A stretch of 56,840 nt of DNA, counting the filler, from Squatina squatina (Eukaryota), in the NCBI GenBank assembly GCA_031763465.1. It is 3 parts of 3 records of this genome, joined end to end, with 100 filler letters (N's around TTAATTAATTAA, not from the genome) between each part and the next. Parts side by side here need not be neighbours in the genome. Positions count along the whole stretch, not along the records: positions 1 to 18,314 come from JARFOE010000194.1; 2 more parts are not named here. One strand, 5' to 3'. The translations under genes and the position numbers were made by a program. The notes under the pieces were generated by a model, which had not been told where the DNA came from, made no database searches, and worked only from the letters and a program-made list of their open reading frames with translations. Positions 1-11,549 of this stretch are shown in pieces (position 1 is the first letter of the stretch; each line of letters begins with the position of its first letter).

Positions 1-1387
1 ATCTCATCCTGCTGTGCCTCTCATCACAAACCCATCACTCTGCCTTGCCTACCCTACTCCTGCACATCTTTACTCACTCCAACTTACCTTGCACCTCCTC
101 TCTACATTATCATATCCCCATCTCACTAGCCACCCCTCACAATCACCCTCATCCCAGTGCAATCATACCAACTAACAACATACAAGGCTGGCACTTGGGT
201 GTTTTCTACAATGTTCATGTAAAGTTTCTGTTAATGTGGTGTCACACATTGAAATCTTTATTTTCAACACTTTGCGAACTCTCAAGAAGAGTGTCGGCGG
301 CCAATTAACTGAGGGCTGTTACTGGCGGTCCGAAATTGATTTTTTCCATGGTGCGACTGGCCCCGATAATTCTTCCCATAAATGTAGTCCCGAGGCTCAG
401 TTTCGGGAGGACCCAAACCAACTTCTGCCTCTTCTTGCAAAGCACTTGCCTGGAGTCAATTTGTAATGTAAGAGATTGCTTGCTGCCCTTATGCAAGTGG
501 CAAAAGACCATTATATTGCTAAATTAATCTCATGTGGAGCAGAGGTGCCACTTGGAAGGTGTGGGAAAACCGAGTTGAGGAAGTGCAGTCAGCAACTTCG
601 CAAGGGAATGGCACACTGACACTTGATCAATCTGTGCAAGTCTATATCAGAAAGAAAAGAATTTGCTCCTTTGAATTACCATTCCAGATCAATACCTGGC
701 AAATCTGGAATTGATCTGTTGCTGCAGGCATTGTAAAGTTAATTTTCCCATATAAAATATCACAGTATAACAGTGATGGATTTTATTCTGTGACAGAATG
801 GACTTTTTTTTCTTTCATATTTATGCAATTTAAAAAAAAAGTTAAAACAAGTTTTGAGGATTGATTGCTTTCGTAAGGGGCTGTGTTCTTGGCTTCTTTT
901 ATTTATGCTATTATGACATACAAACCTTAGATTAATCTATCCTGCATCCTTCAGCTAAGTCACAGCAATATCTGTCGATAATACGCAAAAACCACGAGCA
1001 AGTGTCAGATGCCAGAGCCGGGATTAGGGTGGAGTGGGGGTGCGGGGTGGAAGCTCATGGTGAACTGAGCCCGGGAGATTTTAATGCTCGAGCCTGATTT
1101 GCACGTGCCGACCCTGAGCCAGTGGGAATGAGGTCGCCTCGATGGGTGAGAATCAAAGTTCATTGGGAAATCNNNNNNNNNNNNNNNNNNNNNNNNNNNN
1201 NNNNNNNNNNNNNNNNNNNNNNNNNNNNNNNNNNNNNNNNNNNNNNNNNNNNNNNNNNNNNNNNNNNNNNNNAATGCTCCCTCCATTTATGAGCACATGA
1301 GCACAAACTAAAGTGAAATACATAACCACCAATGTAAAACAGTTACAGTACGTCTTCCTAACACAAACATCAACGGTGTGGTTCACA

Positions 1388-1467
1388 TCAGGTGCAGTGC
1401 TGCACAAAGCTAAAGGGCCAAGTATTCTCCACTCGATTTTGAATTCGGAGTAAATCATGCAGCTTCA
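1388..1467 (-). CDS. Unnamed gene, terminal coding exon: (V)KLHDLLRIQNRVENTWPFSFVQHCT*
   Basis: Acceptor aatatttcag|TG. The phase-1 start matches the phase-1 end of exon 2622-2887. Open reading to TGA at 1388-1390. Confidence 0.6.
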
Positions 1468-2621
1468 CTGAAATATTGCACTAGAGTTGAGAGTGACTCA
1501 TTTTCTATCAAGTGCTGAGAGTGTGTATTAGAACCTGTCATTTAAAACCACAGTATCCCACCCCTGCAGAAGAGCATTTAATCTTCAAGCTGTGGTGAAT
1601 ATTGAATGGCTTTAGAATTTCGTGGCTCTGTGGTTCAACGAGGCGGTTCCAGATGAAAGCAAACATGGAACAACAGATAGCAAGACAGTCAGAATGCCAG
1701 CCTACCCAATTTTTCCATATTCACTACATTTAGAAGATTAAAGTTCTTCCACTGGACAAGAATAGAATCTTATTCACGTTTACATTTTCTCCCTTTTCTC
1801 ATTTTTAGGCCTGGCAAGAGTGCAAGGTAAGACCAGATGGCTCAGGGAATTTGCGTATGAATGTAAGCACTGGCAGTGAAGACTACAAATTTGGGAGTAG
1901 AACCTTTCTTCAAATAATTCAGCTGCAATTTCAGGATAATCTTTGGATGTTTCTTTTAAAACTAAGTCATGTCTAATCGAACAAAACTGTTGGATGGAGA
2001 TGTTTCTTTTGATAGCAAGAAATATTCAGAAAATACTGGTGTAGATGAACTGGTGTAGCATCCTGAATTAGACTGGTTGCTTTGTTGTTATACTGTATGA
2101 AAACAGCACTAAAAATCTGCAGCTGGCTGCTTTAATGGGAGAGTGAGGGAACTAGAGTGATGGCTTTTGATGGACCAAATGTGTTTTTCTTTGCCTTGAC
2201 CTTTATTATGTCCTTATGTTCTTTTTATGGACTTGCAAGGGATAGAGATACTGTGAAATAAGAATGTATCTTAACTGTGCTCACTTCAGCATCTGGGTTA
2301 TACTGTTGTGGAATCCACCATAAAGAGACAGCATACTTTGCAAGGTTAGCTGTACAAACACAGTGTATTTCCATTGTTTTGCTTTTCTCACATCAGAGTG
2401 AGGTTATTCACTGTGGTACGACAAATAGAAAAACAGAATGGGGGAAAAATTTGTGTTCGCCAGCAAAGTTGTCACTGGCAACTGCAGTTAACTGCCGCTG
2501 GAAATGGTCACAACGCTANNNNNNNNNNNNNNNNNNNNNNNNNNNNNNNNNNNNNNNNNNNNNNNNNNNNNNNNNNNNNNNNNNNNNNNNNNNNNNNNNN
2601 NNNNNNNNNNNNNNNNNNTAC

Positions 2622-2887
2622 CCTGTTGTCCAGTAGGCTTCTCAGTGCCACGGACTCTCCGAGATACAAAAACATGATACTGTTCTGCTGAACATCTGCT
2701 CCTCCAGCCCTCATTGTCCATTCGATAAGCAGAGGAGAATGCTCGGAGCCAAGGTGAAGTTAGAAAAATAATCTTCTGTTCCTCTGTTAACAAAGCAACT
2801 CTGGTCAGAAAGTGGTCACCTTTATTTGGAAACCAGTCACCAGAGTTAGTTTTTAAATAATATATATTTTCAGATGCCCTGTGATTC
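2622..2887 (-). CDS. Unnamed gene, internal exon (266 nt): NHRASENIYYLKTNSGDWFPNKGDHFL...EQYHVFVSRRVRGTEKPTGQQ
   Basis: Polypyrimidine acceptor ctgttctgttttctgtcag|G. 88 open codons with protein-like composition (ORF 2488..2955). Donor CAGG|GTA at the contig edge. Phase 2 to phase 1. Confidence 0.7.
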
Positions 2888-3849
2888 CTGACAGAAAACA
2901 GAACAGCCATATGTTTGCAAGGTCGAAGATGAATTTGATTAGTTTGACAAAACATAATGCTAGAAGAGGGAATTTCCCTGTCAGGATCTTTTTGGAAAAT
3001 GAAACAGTCAGAATGAATTACCAGAAATTATATATTTTAAATTGCTTTTTTCACAGACCACATAATTATTCAGATGAGAAAGGACCGGTTGACTTTCAGT
3101 AGTATCTTTCTCTGCATCTTTTAGGACTTTGGTTTCCCACCAAAGAATCTCTACCTACAAAGTGTAATTGTTATTGAACATGTCAACAAATTATTCACTA
3201 CTCTTGTATATTGGTTGTTAATTTGACAAATATACAACAGTGAATGATATATTAATCTATGCAGCACTCACGTATGACAATCATTACTTTATCAATGCAA
3301 TTCTGGCAAGACATTCCAATTGCTCTGCTGCTCTAAATTATAATCATCTTCGCGACTCTCATGTGTCAAGTGTCAAATGTTAATAAAATGTGTGAATTGT
3401 AAAAATTATGATGCCATCTTTGGGAATGAGGAGGAGATAGAGGCTTTATAAATTATACAAGATTTCAATTTATTAATTAAATCTAACTCAAAGAAGGGTC
3501 AAAAGATTTAAACCTAGAGTTGAATGAATTGCAATATCGAAAGGCTGCGTTAGAAAGTGAGCATGCAAAGAATTATAGGGTTGGAGGCGGCCATCAAAAC
3601 ATGCATCTGTTCACTTGCCAGGCATTATCTCTGGGATAACATTGTGAGTTTCACAGTGTTAACAGAACTATAACTATTACAGTCAAAATGACCTTGACTG
3701 GGGTTGGAGAAATCAGCAGTGCCGATGGTTATGAAATTATTCTGTGTGCTACACGTACTTTCAGGTTAAGTACATTTTAACTGTGACAAGTGATTGGTTT
3801 CTTGTATTTTTCCCCAAGGTGAGCCATGATTTTTCCAAATCATTTATAC

Positions 3850-4060
3850 CTTGAAGAAGTATTGCGAGACATAAAAGCAACCCTCTGAAATGGTNNNNNN
3901 NNNNNNNNNNNNNNNNNNNNNNNNNNNNNNNNNNNNNNNNNNNNNNNNNNNNNNNNNNNNNNNNNNNNNNNNNNNNNNNNNNNNNNNNNNNNNNAATCAC
4001 GCTGTAGGCCGTGTACTGAAGCTTTAAATTCTTTTTGTCAACAGTGGGGTGTCGCAGCAC
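3850..4060 (-). CDS. Unnamed gene, internal exon(s) interrupted by a gap: VLRHPTVDKKNLKLQYTAYSVI...PFQRVAFMSRNTSS(R)
   Basis: Strong acceptor ttttgcatctactctccag|GTG at 4060, with only the phase-0 frame open. Donor AAG|GTATAA at 3850 gives phase 2, matching the next exon. The middle is lost in gap 3895-3994, so this could be two exons. Confidence 0.55.
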
Positions 4061-4944
4061 CTGGAGAGTAGATGCAAAAATTAGCCTTTGAGTAACTAGA
4101 TCTATGCAGAGATGAGGCCATTCAGCCCCAAAAGACTGCTACAAGCAATTATACCCAGACAAACTGGATATAGATAGAACCACAATGGTGGGTGGGTGGG
4201 GGGGGGGATTTTAGCTGCACAATCTCAGATCTTTCTATAAATTTTCATGCTACAAATCCTTCCAAAAAGGTTCACTTAGAATATCACGTACCTGAGCAAT
4301 TATAATGCTAACTGATGCTGCAGAGCCCAGCACAGGCTCTGACAGATACATTTAGATTGTGAATTTACGAAAAGCCTTCATTACAGCTTAATGTATGCTG
4401 TCAGTTTCAGAATAAATAATAGATGAAAATTTAACACAGGAAAAAGTATAGTTGCTACCTGCTGCAACTCATGATCCAGTGAAACTGACAAGATAATTTC
4501 AACCCTTAAACAATGTTCCAACTTACAGGATGTCCTGACAACTGTAAAGCATTTATAGAGTGCCTCCTACGAAGTATCTAAACTCCTTTCAAGGTACAAA
4601 TTTATATTGATCAAATTAACATCATTTCTGGTAAATTATTATTGATGTATGTTTGGAATATTATCAGAATGAAAGACCTTATTTTTGTGAGTTCTTACTA
4701 ACTTGGGGTTGATTTTTAAATATTTCAGATCAATGCATGAAGCAATTGTGTAAAAGCCACACATTTCTCAATTGCATGCTATTTTCAAAACACTGATAAG
4801 AGTTTGTGTCAGCTTATGGTATCAGGAATTCAAAGCTTTTTTGTTGGGGGACTTTACTGATGTTAACAGTTTTTTACTGGTTCATTTACAGTGACAGAAA
4901 CTCAGCAATATTAAAAGAAGTTTAGATGTTAAAAATATAACATT

Positions 4945-5432
4945 AGCACCCCGGGCCGCCGCACAACCGCCAATGATGTCATTGCCGTGTGCGGTGACCC
5001 GTCACTGCCCCGCGCCGAACCCTTAACGCCCTCCAGGGGAAATTGCCCCGCAGGCTGCGAGTGGATGTCAACGCCAGCTTTGTGGGTCGCAAAGCTGACA
5101 GACATCCGCCCTTGGGCGCTCCTTAAAGGGGAGGGTGCCAGCGCCCCGGGCCGCCATATTTTTTTTGTCTGCCGACTCTTGGGTCGGCTCAACAATGGCA
5201 GCCCTAGCGTGGTCCAGGCCGTCATTGTGCAGCCCGGCATTCCGGTCAGGCCCGGTCGCATGCTGCCCTGGTGGCCTAGTGGAGGCCTTTCAGAGTGCAC
5301 AGCAGCCCTCCCCTTTAATGGAAGGGGAGGGGCATTGAAGGGCGTCAGTGCTTCAGTGCCCCAGGAGCGCCCCGGTATCTGCCCCCAAAGGAAGTGGAGT
5401 GTGCGAGAATGCGCTCCACGTCCTATGAGGGG
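4945..5432. mobile_element. GC-rich non-autonomous DNA-transposon (MITE-like) copy, truncated by a gap
   Basis: GC/CpG-rich island in AT-rich intronic DNA. Shares motifs (cagagtgcacagcagccctc; caaaggaa.tggag) with 8156-8670 in the opposite orientation. Confidence 0.55.
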
Positions 5433-5532
5433 NNNNNNNNNNNNNNNNNNNNNNNNNNNNNNNNNNNNNNNNNNNNNNNNNNNNNNNNNNNNNNNNNNNN
5501 NNNNNNNNNNNNNNNNNNNNNNNNNNNNNNNN

Positions 5533-5762
5533 CAGGGGATTGTGGGGCTGGAGGGGATTACAGAGATTGGGAGGGGCGAGGCCACAGATGGATTTGAAAA
5601 CAAGGATGAGAATTTTGAAATCGAGGTGTTGCTTAACCGGAAGTCAATGTAGGTCAGCGAGCACAGGGGTGATGGGTGAACGGACTTGGTGCGAGTTAGG
5701 ATACGGACAGCCGAGTTTTGGATCACTTCAAGTTTACATCGGGTAGAATGTGGGAGGCCAGC
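5533..5762 (-). mobile_element. L2/CR1-clade LINE ORF2 C-terminal fragment
   Basis: Translates to AGLPHSTRCKLEVIQNSAVRILTRTKS, then after a frameshift ...DFKILILVFKS-like sequence, typical of the post-RT region of L2 LINEs. Confidence 0.8.
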
Positions 5763-6065
5763 CCTAAACTCTAATTTTAAACATTTAAAATTAACATAAT
5801 TATACCACATGCAAGTCTCACTGCATTCGTGCCTAAGGTTTTCACAATTTGACTTTTATTGTACCGAGGATATAGTCCCCTCACGTTCTCAGTATCAAGT
5901 CAAGGCTAAAAATAGCACACAACCTGCTACTATCATCTCAACATGTTCCTGTCAAGGTCACTGCAGTAATATTCTGCAAAAACACAAGGTGTCGAAGATC
6001 ACATTATATCTTGCTTCCATTTTCATTACTTCAATCAATTCAATGGCTTGGCAGCTATCCCTGAC

Positions 6066-6114
6066 CTGTGCCTTTGCCCCTTGTGCCACTCCATACACTG
6101 CAATCATTGCATGC
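6066..6114 (-). CDS. Unnamed gene, 49-nt exon: (K)HAMIAVYGVAQGAKAQ
   Basis: Acceptor tcttttttgggtcccattaacag|G and donor CAG|GTCAGG. Phase 2 to phase 0 fits both neighbouring exons. Confidence 0.55.
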
Positions 6115-7958
6115 CTGTTAATGGGACCCAAAAAAGATTCATTCATCTTTATCTTTGAAGTCCAATTCTTTATGGGCTGTAGATAAACTGTGAATTACAG
6201 TCACCAGAATCGACGAAAAGAAATTTGTACGTGATTGTTCAGAGAATTGAAGTGTATCTGTGGAATTCCCATGTGAAATAGAATCAAATTTGTATATGCT
6301 GTGATCAAACAATAGAAAATGTCTGGTAATCACCAGCGTCAAAATATTGAAATTGCAGTCACCAACCAAACAGAAGAGGAAAACAATGTTGAAGATCACC
6401 GAGTCCAATAAGAGGAAGATTTGATTTGTGGAAGAGGGAGCTTACTGTTGTTACTTTATCTCTGCTAATTGGTCATTTTTTTGGTGGGAGTGGGGGGAGT
6501 GTTCCTAATGCATGTATAATGAGTCATATCCCAATTTCTAACAGCAAATGAACAGTCACTGGAACCTCCCACCCAACCCGAAAATACACTGCAAAAGAAT
6601 TAAGCATTTTAAGTTCAACTACCAAAATCTTCCAAACACTCCAATCCCAAATACAAAAACATGTCAGTAAAGTTATCTGGAGTGAAAACGATTCTTGGAA
6701 TAGTACTTGGAATAGCATGCTCAGTTTTTAGAACCACAGCCTAGGAAGAATATACTGGTCTTGTTAAAAGTCCAATGGCAATTCAGCAGCACAGTAGCTG
6801 GGATGTAGGGACTGAGCTATGATGAGAGACTGCGTAAACCTGGGTTATATACACTTGACATGAGCTGGTTAAGGGGGATCAGGCAGATGTTTTAAAATAA
6901 TGAAGGGAACTGACACGGTTTCCAACATNNNNNNNNNNNNNNNNNNNNNNNNNNNNNNNNNNNNNNNNNNNNNNNNNNNNNNNNNNNNNNNNNNNNNNNN
7001 NNNNNNNNNNNNNNNNNNNNNNNNNNNNAAACTAATTCCAGTTAAACTTTTATTCCAGAGTGCTGCCTGTTCTGAGTTGTGACATGAAATATGCAAACCA
7101 TTTCACAGAGATGATGTTATCTGTGGTGTGATGTAGCTTTAATCAATGCTGTCAATCAATGTAATGGGATTTAGAGAGAGAAAAAGCTATTACATTGACT
7201 AGGCATAAAATTAACATGCCCACTAGACTGAGACCAGCAAATTTAGTAATGGATAACTATCAGTGAAAGTGTACAGTCCAACTGACTTGTGAGTGCATCT
7301 GTCACTGCAATACTCTGTCTCTCATGCACACAAACACACCTTCACACACCCACACAGAGGAAGTTCTGTAGATATTTTTATAAACTGTTTATCACTTCTT
7401 TATAAAGAAATGGCAGAATTGTGAGCTACTAGAGCTACCAAGCCACCACAGCTCCTTGTTTATATTGAGGAAGGCTTTTAATGTAGTTGCCAATATTAAA
7501 ATTAATGTTAGGAATACAGTTAAAGTTTAACCTGTTTGAAAATTCCTTTGGATACATGGTCAAAATCCATATGTAGCAGGGGCCCTGCATGAAAGCACAA
7601 TTGTATTCAATGATTCAAGACAGCAGAAGCATGGTTTATTTTGCTTATTTGTAGCTGCCTGCATTGTAAATCAGTTCTAGACACTGAGGCTTATTTAATT
7701 ACACGATGGAAGTGTTTAAAGAGTTTGTATCAATGATAAATGGCCAGTGGTTACATGCGCACCTAAGTACCAAACCTAATCTATAGTTGTGCACTGCTTA
7801 TCAAACCTGAAGTATTTTCTCAACCAAGGTACTATACCTGAAAATTTCAGATCATGTCACTCATTTAATACAAAAGTACCTAAAATGCTATGTCAAACCT
7901 GCTAAATAAGAGGCAAAAATATCAGCTTTTACAGTGGAAGTACTGTTGTAATTCTTAC

Positions 7959-8017
7959 TTAAACCATAGTATCATACAGCACAGAAGGAGCCCATAGTGC
8001 CTGTGCTGACGCACCAT
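7959..8017 (-). CDS. Unnamed gene, probable first coding exon: MVRQHRHYGLLLCCMILWF(K), signal-peptide-like (exon spans 7959-8031)
   Basis: Acceptor ttctgccag at 8032. ATG at 8017 in a strong context (attATGG). Donor AA|GTAAGA is phase 2 and matches exon 6066-6114. Basic N-terminus followed by a hydrophobic core. Confidence 0.55.
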
Positions 8018-8155
8018 AATTTGGAATTTCACTGGCAGAATTGTAAAGTTACAGCNNNNNNNNNNNNNNNNNNNNNNNNNNNNNNNNNNNNNNNNNNNNN
8101 NNNNNNNNNNNNNNNNNNNNNNNNNNNNNNNNNNNNNNNNNNNNNNNNNNNNNNN

Positions 8156-8670
8156 CTGTCTTCGATGCTCCATTTCCTTTGGTGCCAGGGTGGAGCGCTG
8201 CACTGAGTTCAGCGCTATGCGGATGCTCTACATAGCGCTGACACACTAAAGGCGAGGGCTGCTGTGCACTCTGCATGTCCTTTTGGTCGCTGCCACTGGG
8301 CCACCAGGGACGCGTGAGACTGGGCCAACAGCCCGCCACCCAAGACGGAGTGCTGGGCTGCATGATGGCAGCCTGGTTCACGCTAGGACTGTCATGGTCA
8401 GGCTGATCCAAGAGTCGGCTGATCAACAAAGATGGTGGCCTGGGGCACTGCAGGCCTCCCCTTTAATTAGCATCCCGGGAGCCAATGGCTGCCAGCATTA
8501 TTTTGCCATCAGCTTGTGCCAGCAATTTTGCCCATGGGTTGTTAAGGAGTCGGCATGCACACCGATGATGTCATCGCTGGTTGTGCGCTGGCCCGGGGCG
8601 CTAATCGCGGGGCGCCAGGACAGCGCCTTCCAAATCTCCGGGGCTGTTTGCACCCCAATAGCACCCCGCA
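8156..8670. mobile_element. GC-rich MITE-like copy, same family as 4945-5432, inverted
   Basis: Reverse-complement similarity to the 5290-5410 motifs, and a GC-rich island. Confidence 0.55.
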
Positions 8671-11169
8671 AAGACTTTTGGAATGCATAGTTAAGTTAAA
8701 AAGAGCAAACTGCTCTTGCAAATGCATTTTCAGATTTTTCTCAATACTGTAAAGCAATAACATGCATGTGGTCTTGTTTCTAACAGTGGTGACTGGCAAA
8801 GATTTTTCAGCAACCTTGTATTCCATTTAACTCAAGGGAATGAGATTGATTGTGTGGCATACCTCTTGGTGACAAAGAGATTTAGAGTTTTTGATCAGAG
8901 CTACTGAAACAGGCACGGATGTCGTGTGCTATTGCCTTGGAGGCAGTGCAAAGCTTAAGATAAATTGCCTCTTCGGAAGACCTGCAGCAAGTGACAAGGC
9001 TCGAACTGCAAAGTCCCAATTTGTGTTGACGTACCATTGCAATACCTTACTCTGTCTTTCATCTTGTACTTGCAGCATCAAGCTGATGGATTTCGGCTAC
9101 AAAAGCTATTTTACCATGAAATAAAAAAATTCTGCTGAATTCCATTACAAATCACAAATGGAGATCTAAGATAGATTATGGGAGAAAATAGTAGCTTCTT
9201 GGTATGTCGTGCCCTGCTTATTAATATTCTCACTATCATAGGTTGTACATCCTTTACAACCACTGTCATATAAATAGGGAGTGATTATCAAATGTAGGTT
9301 CCATGCATGCGACATGATGCGATAGCAGAGTGTGACAGCACAAAATCTTCAATTTCCATTTTATTATGGTCTAATGTGCAATGTTGATCAGTTACCAAAG
9401 TTTCACTGTTGCACACCTTTGAAGTGTTTAGTTAAATGTCCCCAAAAATGACTTCTTCAGTAAATTCTTTTTGTATGTACACTCTGCGGGTGAGGTTCAA
9501 CAGTCATGGAAAAGTTCATGGTTAACATTCTACTTTCTGATAATAAACAAAGCACTCTGGAAAAGAATGTTTCAGCAGTCACATTGGACAATCAGAGAAT
9601 TCTTACTGTGGTTCTGGATAAACCGTAACTTAATCATTCTCCCCACTTAGAAGAAGTAGTTGTGCCACACCGAAGCCTGCTGCTTTAGTCCTCACACCCA
9701 CTCATCCTGACAAGAAACCTATGACTACCATAACTAATTACATCCCTCCAAAGCAATGAAAGACTAGGAACAGCACGATGCAAATGGAATTTTGAAGAAT
9801 ATAAAATAATAAATACTAACACTAAAATAACAAATATGAATCCAAGGTGAAGGGCATATTGTTGTTAAATACATTGAGTCAGGAAAAAGATCTATGAGTA
9901 ATTTTGTTGACTAAATATAGACACGGTTGTCACAATATAAGGCAGTAATCGCCAACACGAACAAAACACTGTGGGCGCCCAATTTGACCTCCCTGAGTTA
10001 CTAGCGCTAATGGACGAATTGTTGAGTGCTAAGCTCCCGTTTCAGGGCTGCCCCTCAAAGACCTTGCAATTCTGGACATAGAAAAAAAAATTCTGGCAGC
10101 TTTAAAAAACGTGCTAATTTCATCACTAAAGGGCCCCAGATTAGTGCTGATTTTCTTAGCTTCTTTCAGCAGACCAATTCTGCAACGGATCTAAGGAGCT
10201 GCTATCAAGTGTCAGGCCACCTCAGCCCTTAAAGGGGATTGTTCTGGAGACACAAGCAATGCTTAGGTCAGTCAAATCCTAGGTCGTTGGTGGGTGAGGA
10301 GGGATTGTCTTGTCAGCGGCACAGCAGGTCCCAACACAGCTGGCTCCGGCAGAGCATCTGAGCTCACAATGTAGTCATTTAATTTGAATGTCAGTGGCAG
10401 GTTCCTGAGCCACTATGACAGAGGAAGGATGCTGGCAAGCTGCTTACTCAACAGCATGTACTACCAGCAAGGGTAATTTTTAAAAAGGGGGCCAAAAATT
10501 ACCATGGTGCCAGCTTTCTTCAGGGCATCCAGGATAGGTCCCCTGGATGTTCCATTTCCATAGCCAAGTTGACCTGCACGCCAGGTTCATCCCAGAATTC
10601 AAGTAGGTTGATGATAGAATAAATGAGGCCAAGGAAGTTCCCTTTCCTTGGTTCCGCTCCTGACATCAGAACCCATGCTTGGGGCAAACAAACAGATTAA
10701 CCTATTCCAGTCCCTTGAGCAAATTTCTAACCAGTGGGATTTGGAGCAGAAACCCAGCATTCCAGGGTCCCACCAGAATTCCTGTCTGTCAGTTCCTGTG
10801 TCTGACTTGTGCTGCAGGACTACAATTGGTGCGAAGGATTATAAGATCCAAAATGTCTACAGGCTTGTAAAATCAGCCTTATCACAAACAAACCCAGGAT
10901 TCTAATAAATAGTAGCACGACCCGAAGCAGGCAATCTGGGAGAGAAGGCAGGCAGCAAAAGCCAGACACATCGCCACGGATACGGAAGGGAAAAAAAATA
11001 CTAGAGATGGGAAGTCCGACCCTGTGCCCCCTCATGGCTGGTTCCCAAACAAGAGAGCAGATCAGCTGACTGCTCGCCTGTGCTCAGATCAGTTGTGCGA
11101 CCAGAACTTGACGAACAGGTGATGAGATACGGAGCCAGGAGACCGCAACAGAAACAACAAGTGCAGAAA

Positions 11170-11549
11170 GCGACAGCCTTCCACCTCAGTGGTAGCACAC
11201 TGACCCGCTTTCAGTCAGAGGTTACGGGTTCATATAATCCCGGCTAAAACTTCAGTGCAGTACTGAGGGACTGTTGCACCATTCGAGGTTGGTCTTTCAG
11301 ATCAGACACTCAGGTGGGTGCAACAGGTCCCGTGGCACGATTGAAAGAAGAGCAGGGGAGTTCTCCTGGTGTCTTGCCCAACAGTTCTCCCTCAAACAAC
11401 ACTGCCAAAACAGAAGAACTCATTTACCTCAGCTTCTTCTAGCATCTTGCTGCACATAAATTGGCTGCCACGGCCACCTCTAAATAACTATTTGTTTGCT
11501 TTGGAATGTCCTGAAGCCGTGAAAGACTTTATAAATGAAAATCTTCTTT
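11170..11549 (+). mobile_element. tRNA-headed DeuSINE (SacSINE1/AmnSINE1-type Deu domain)
   Basis: Degenerate tRNA-like head (ctcagtggtagcac...gggttca). Deu-like core gcagtactgaggga...tcaggtgg...gaagagcaggggagttctcctggtgtc. Tail gtcctgaag...tataaatg...tcttt. Recognised from memory of the family consensus. Confidence 0.75.

Noticed and set aside
4929-5810. 293-aa and 221-aa ORFs
   Set aside because: They span an N gap and join a GC-rich MITE to an L2 fragment.
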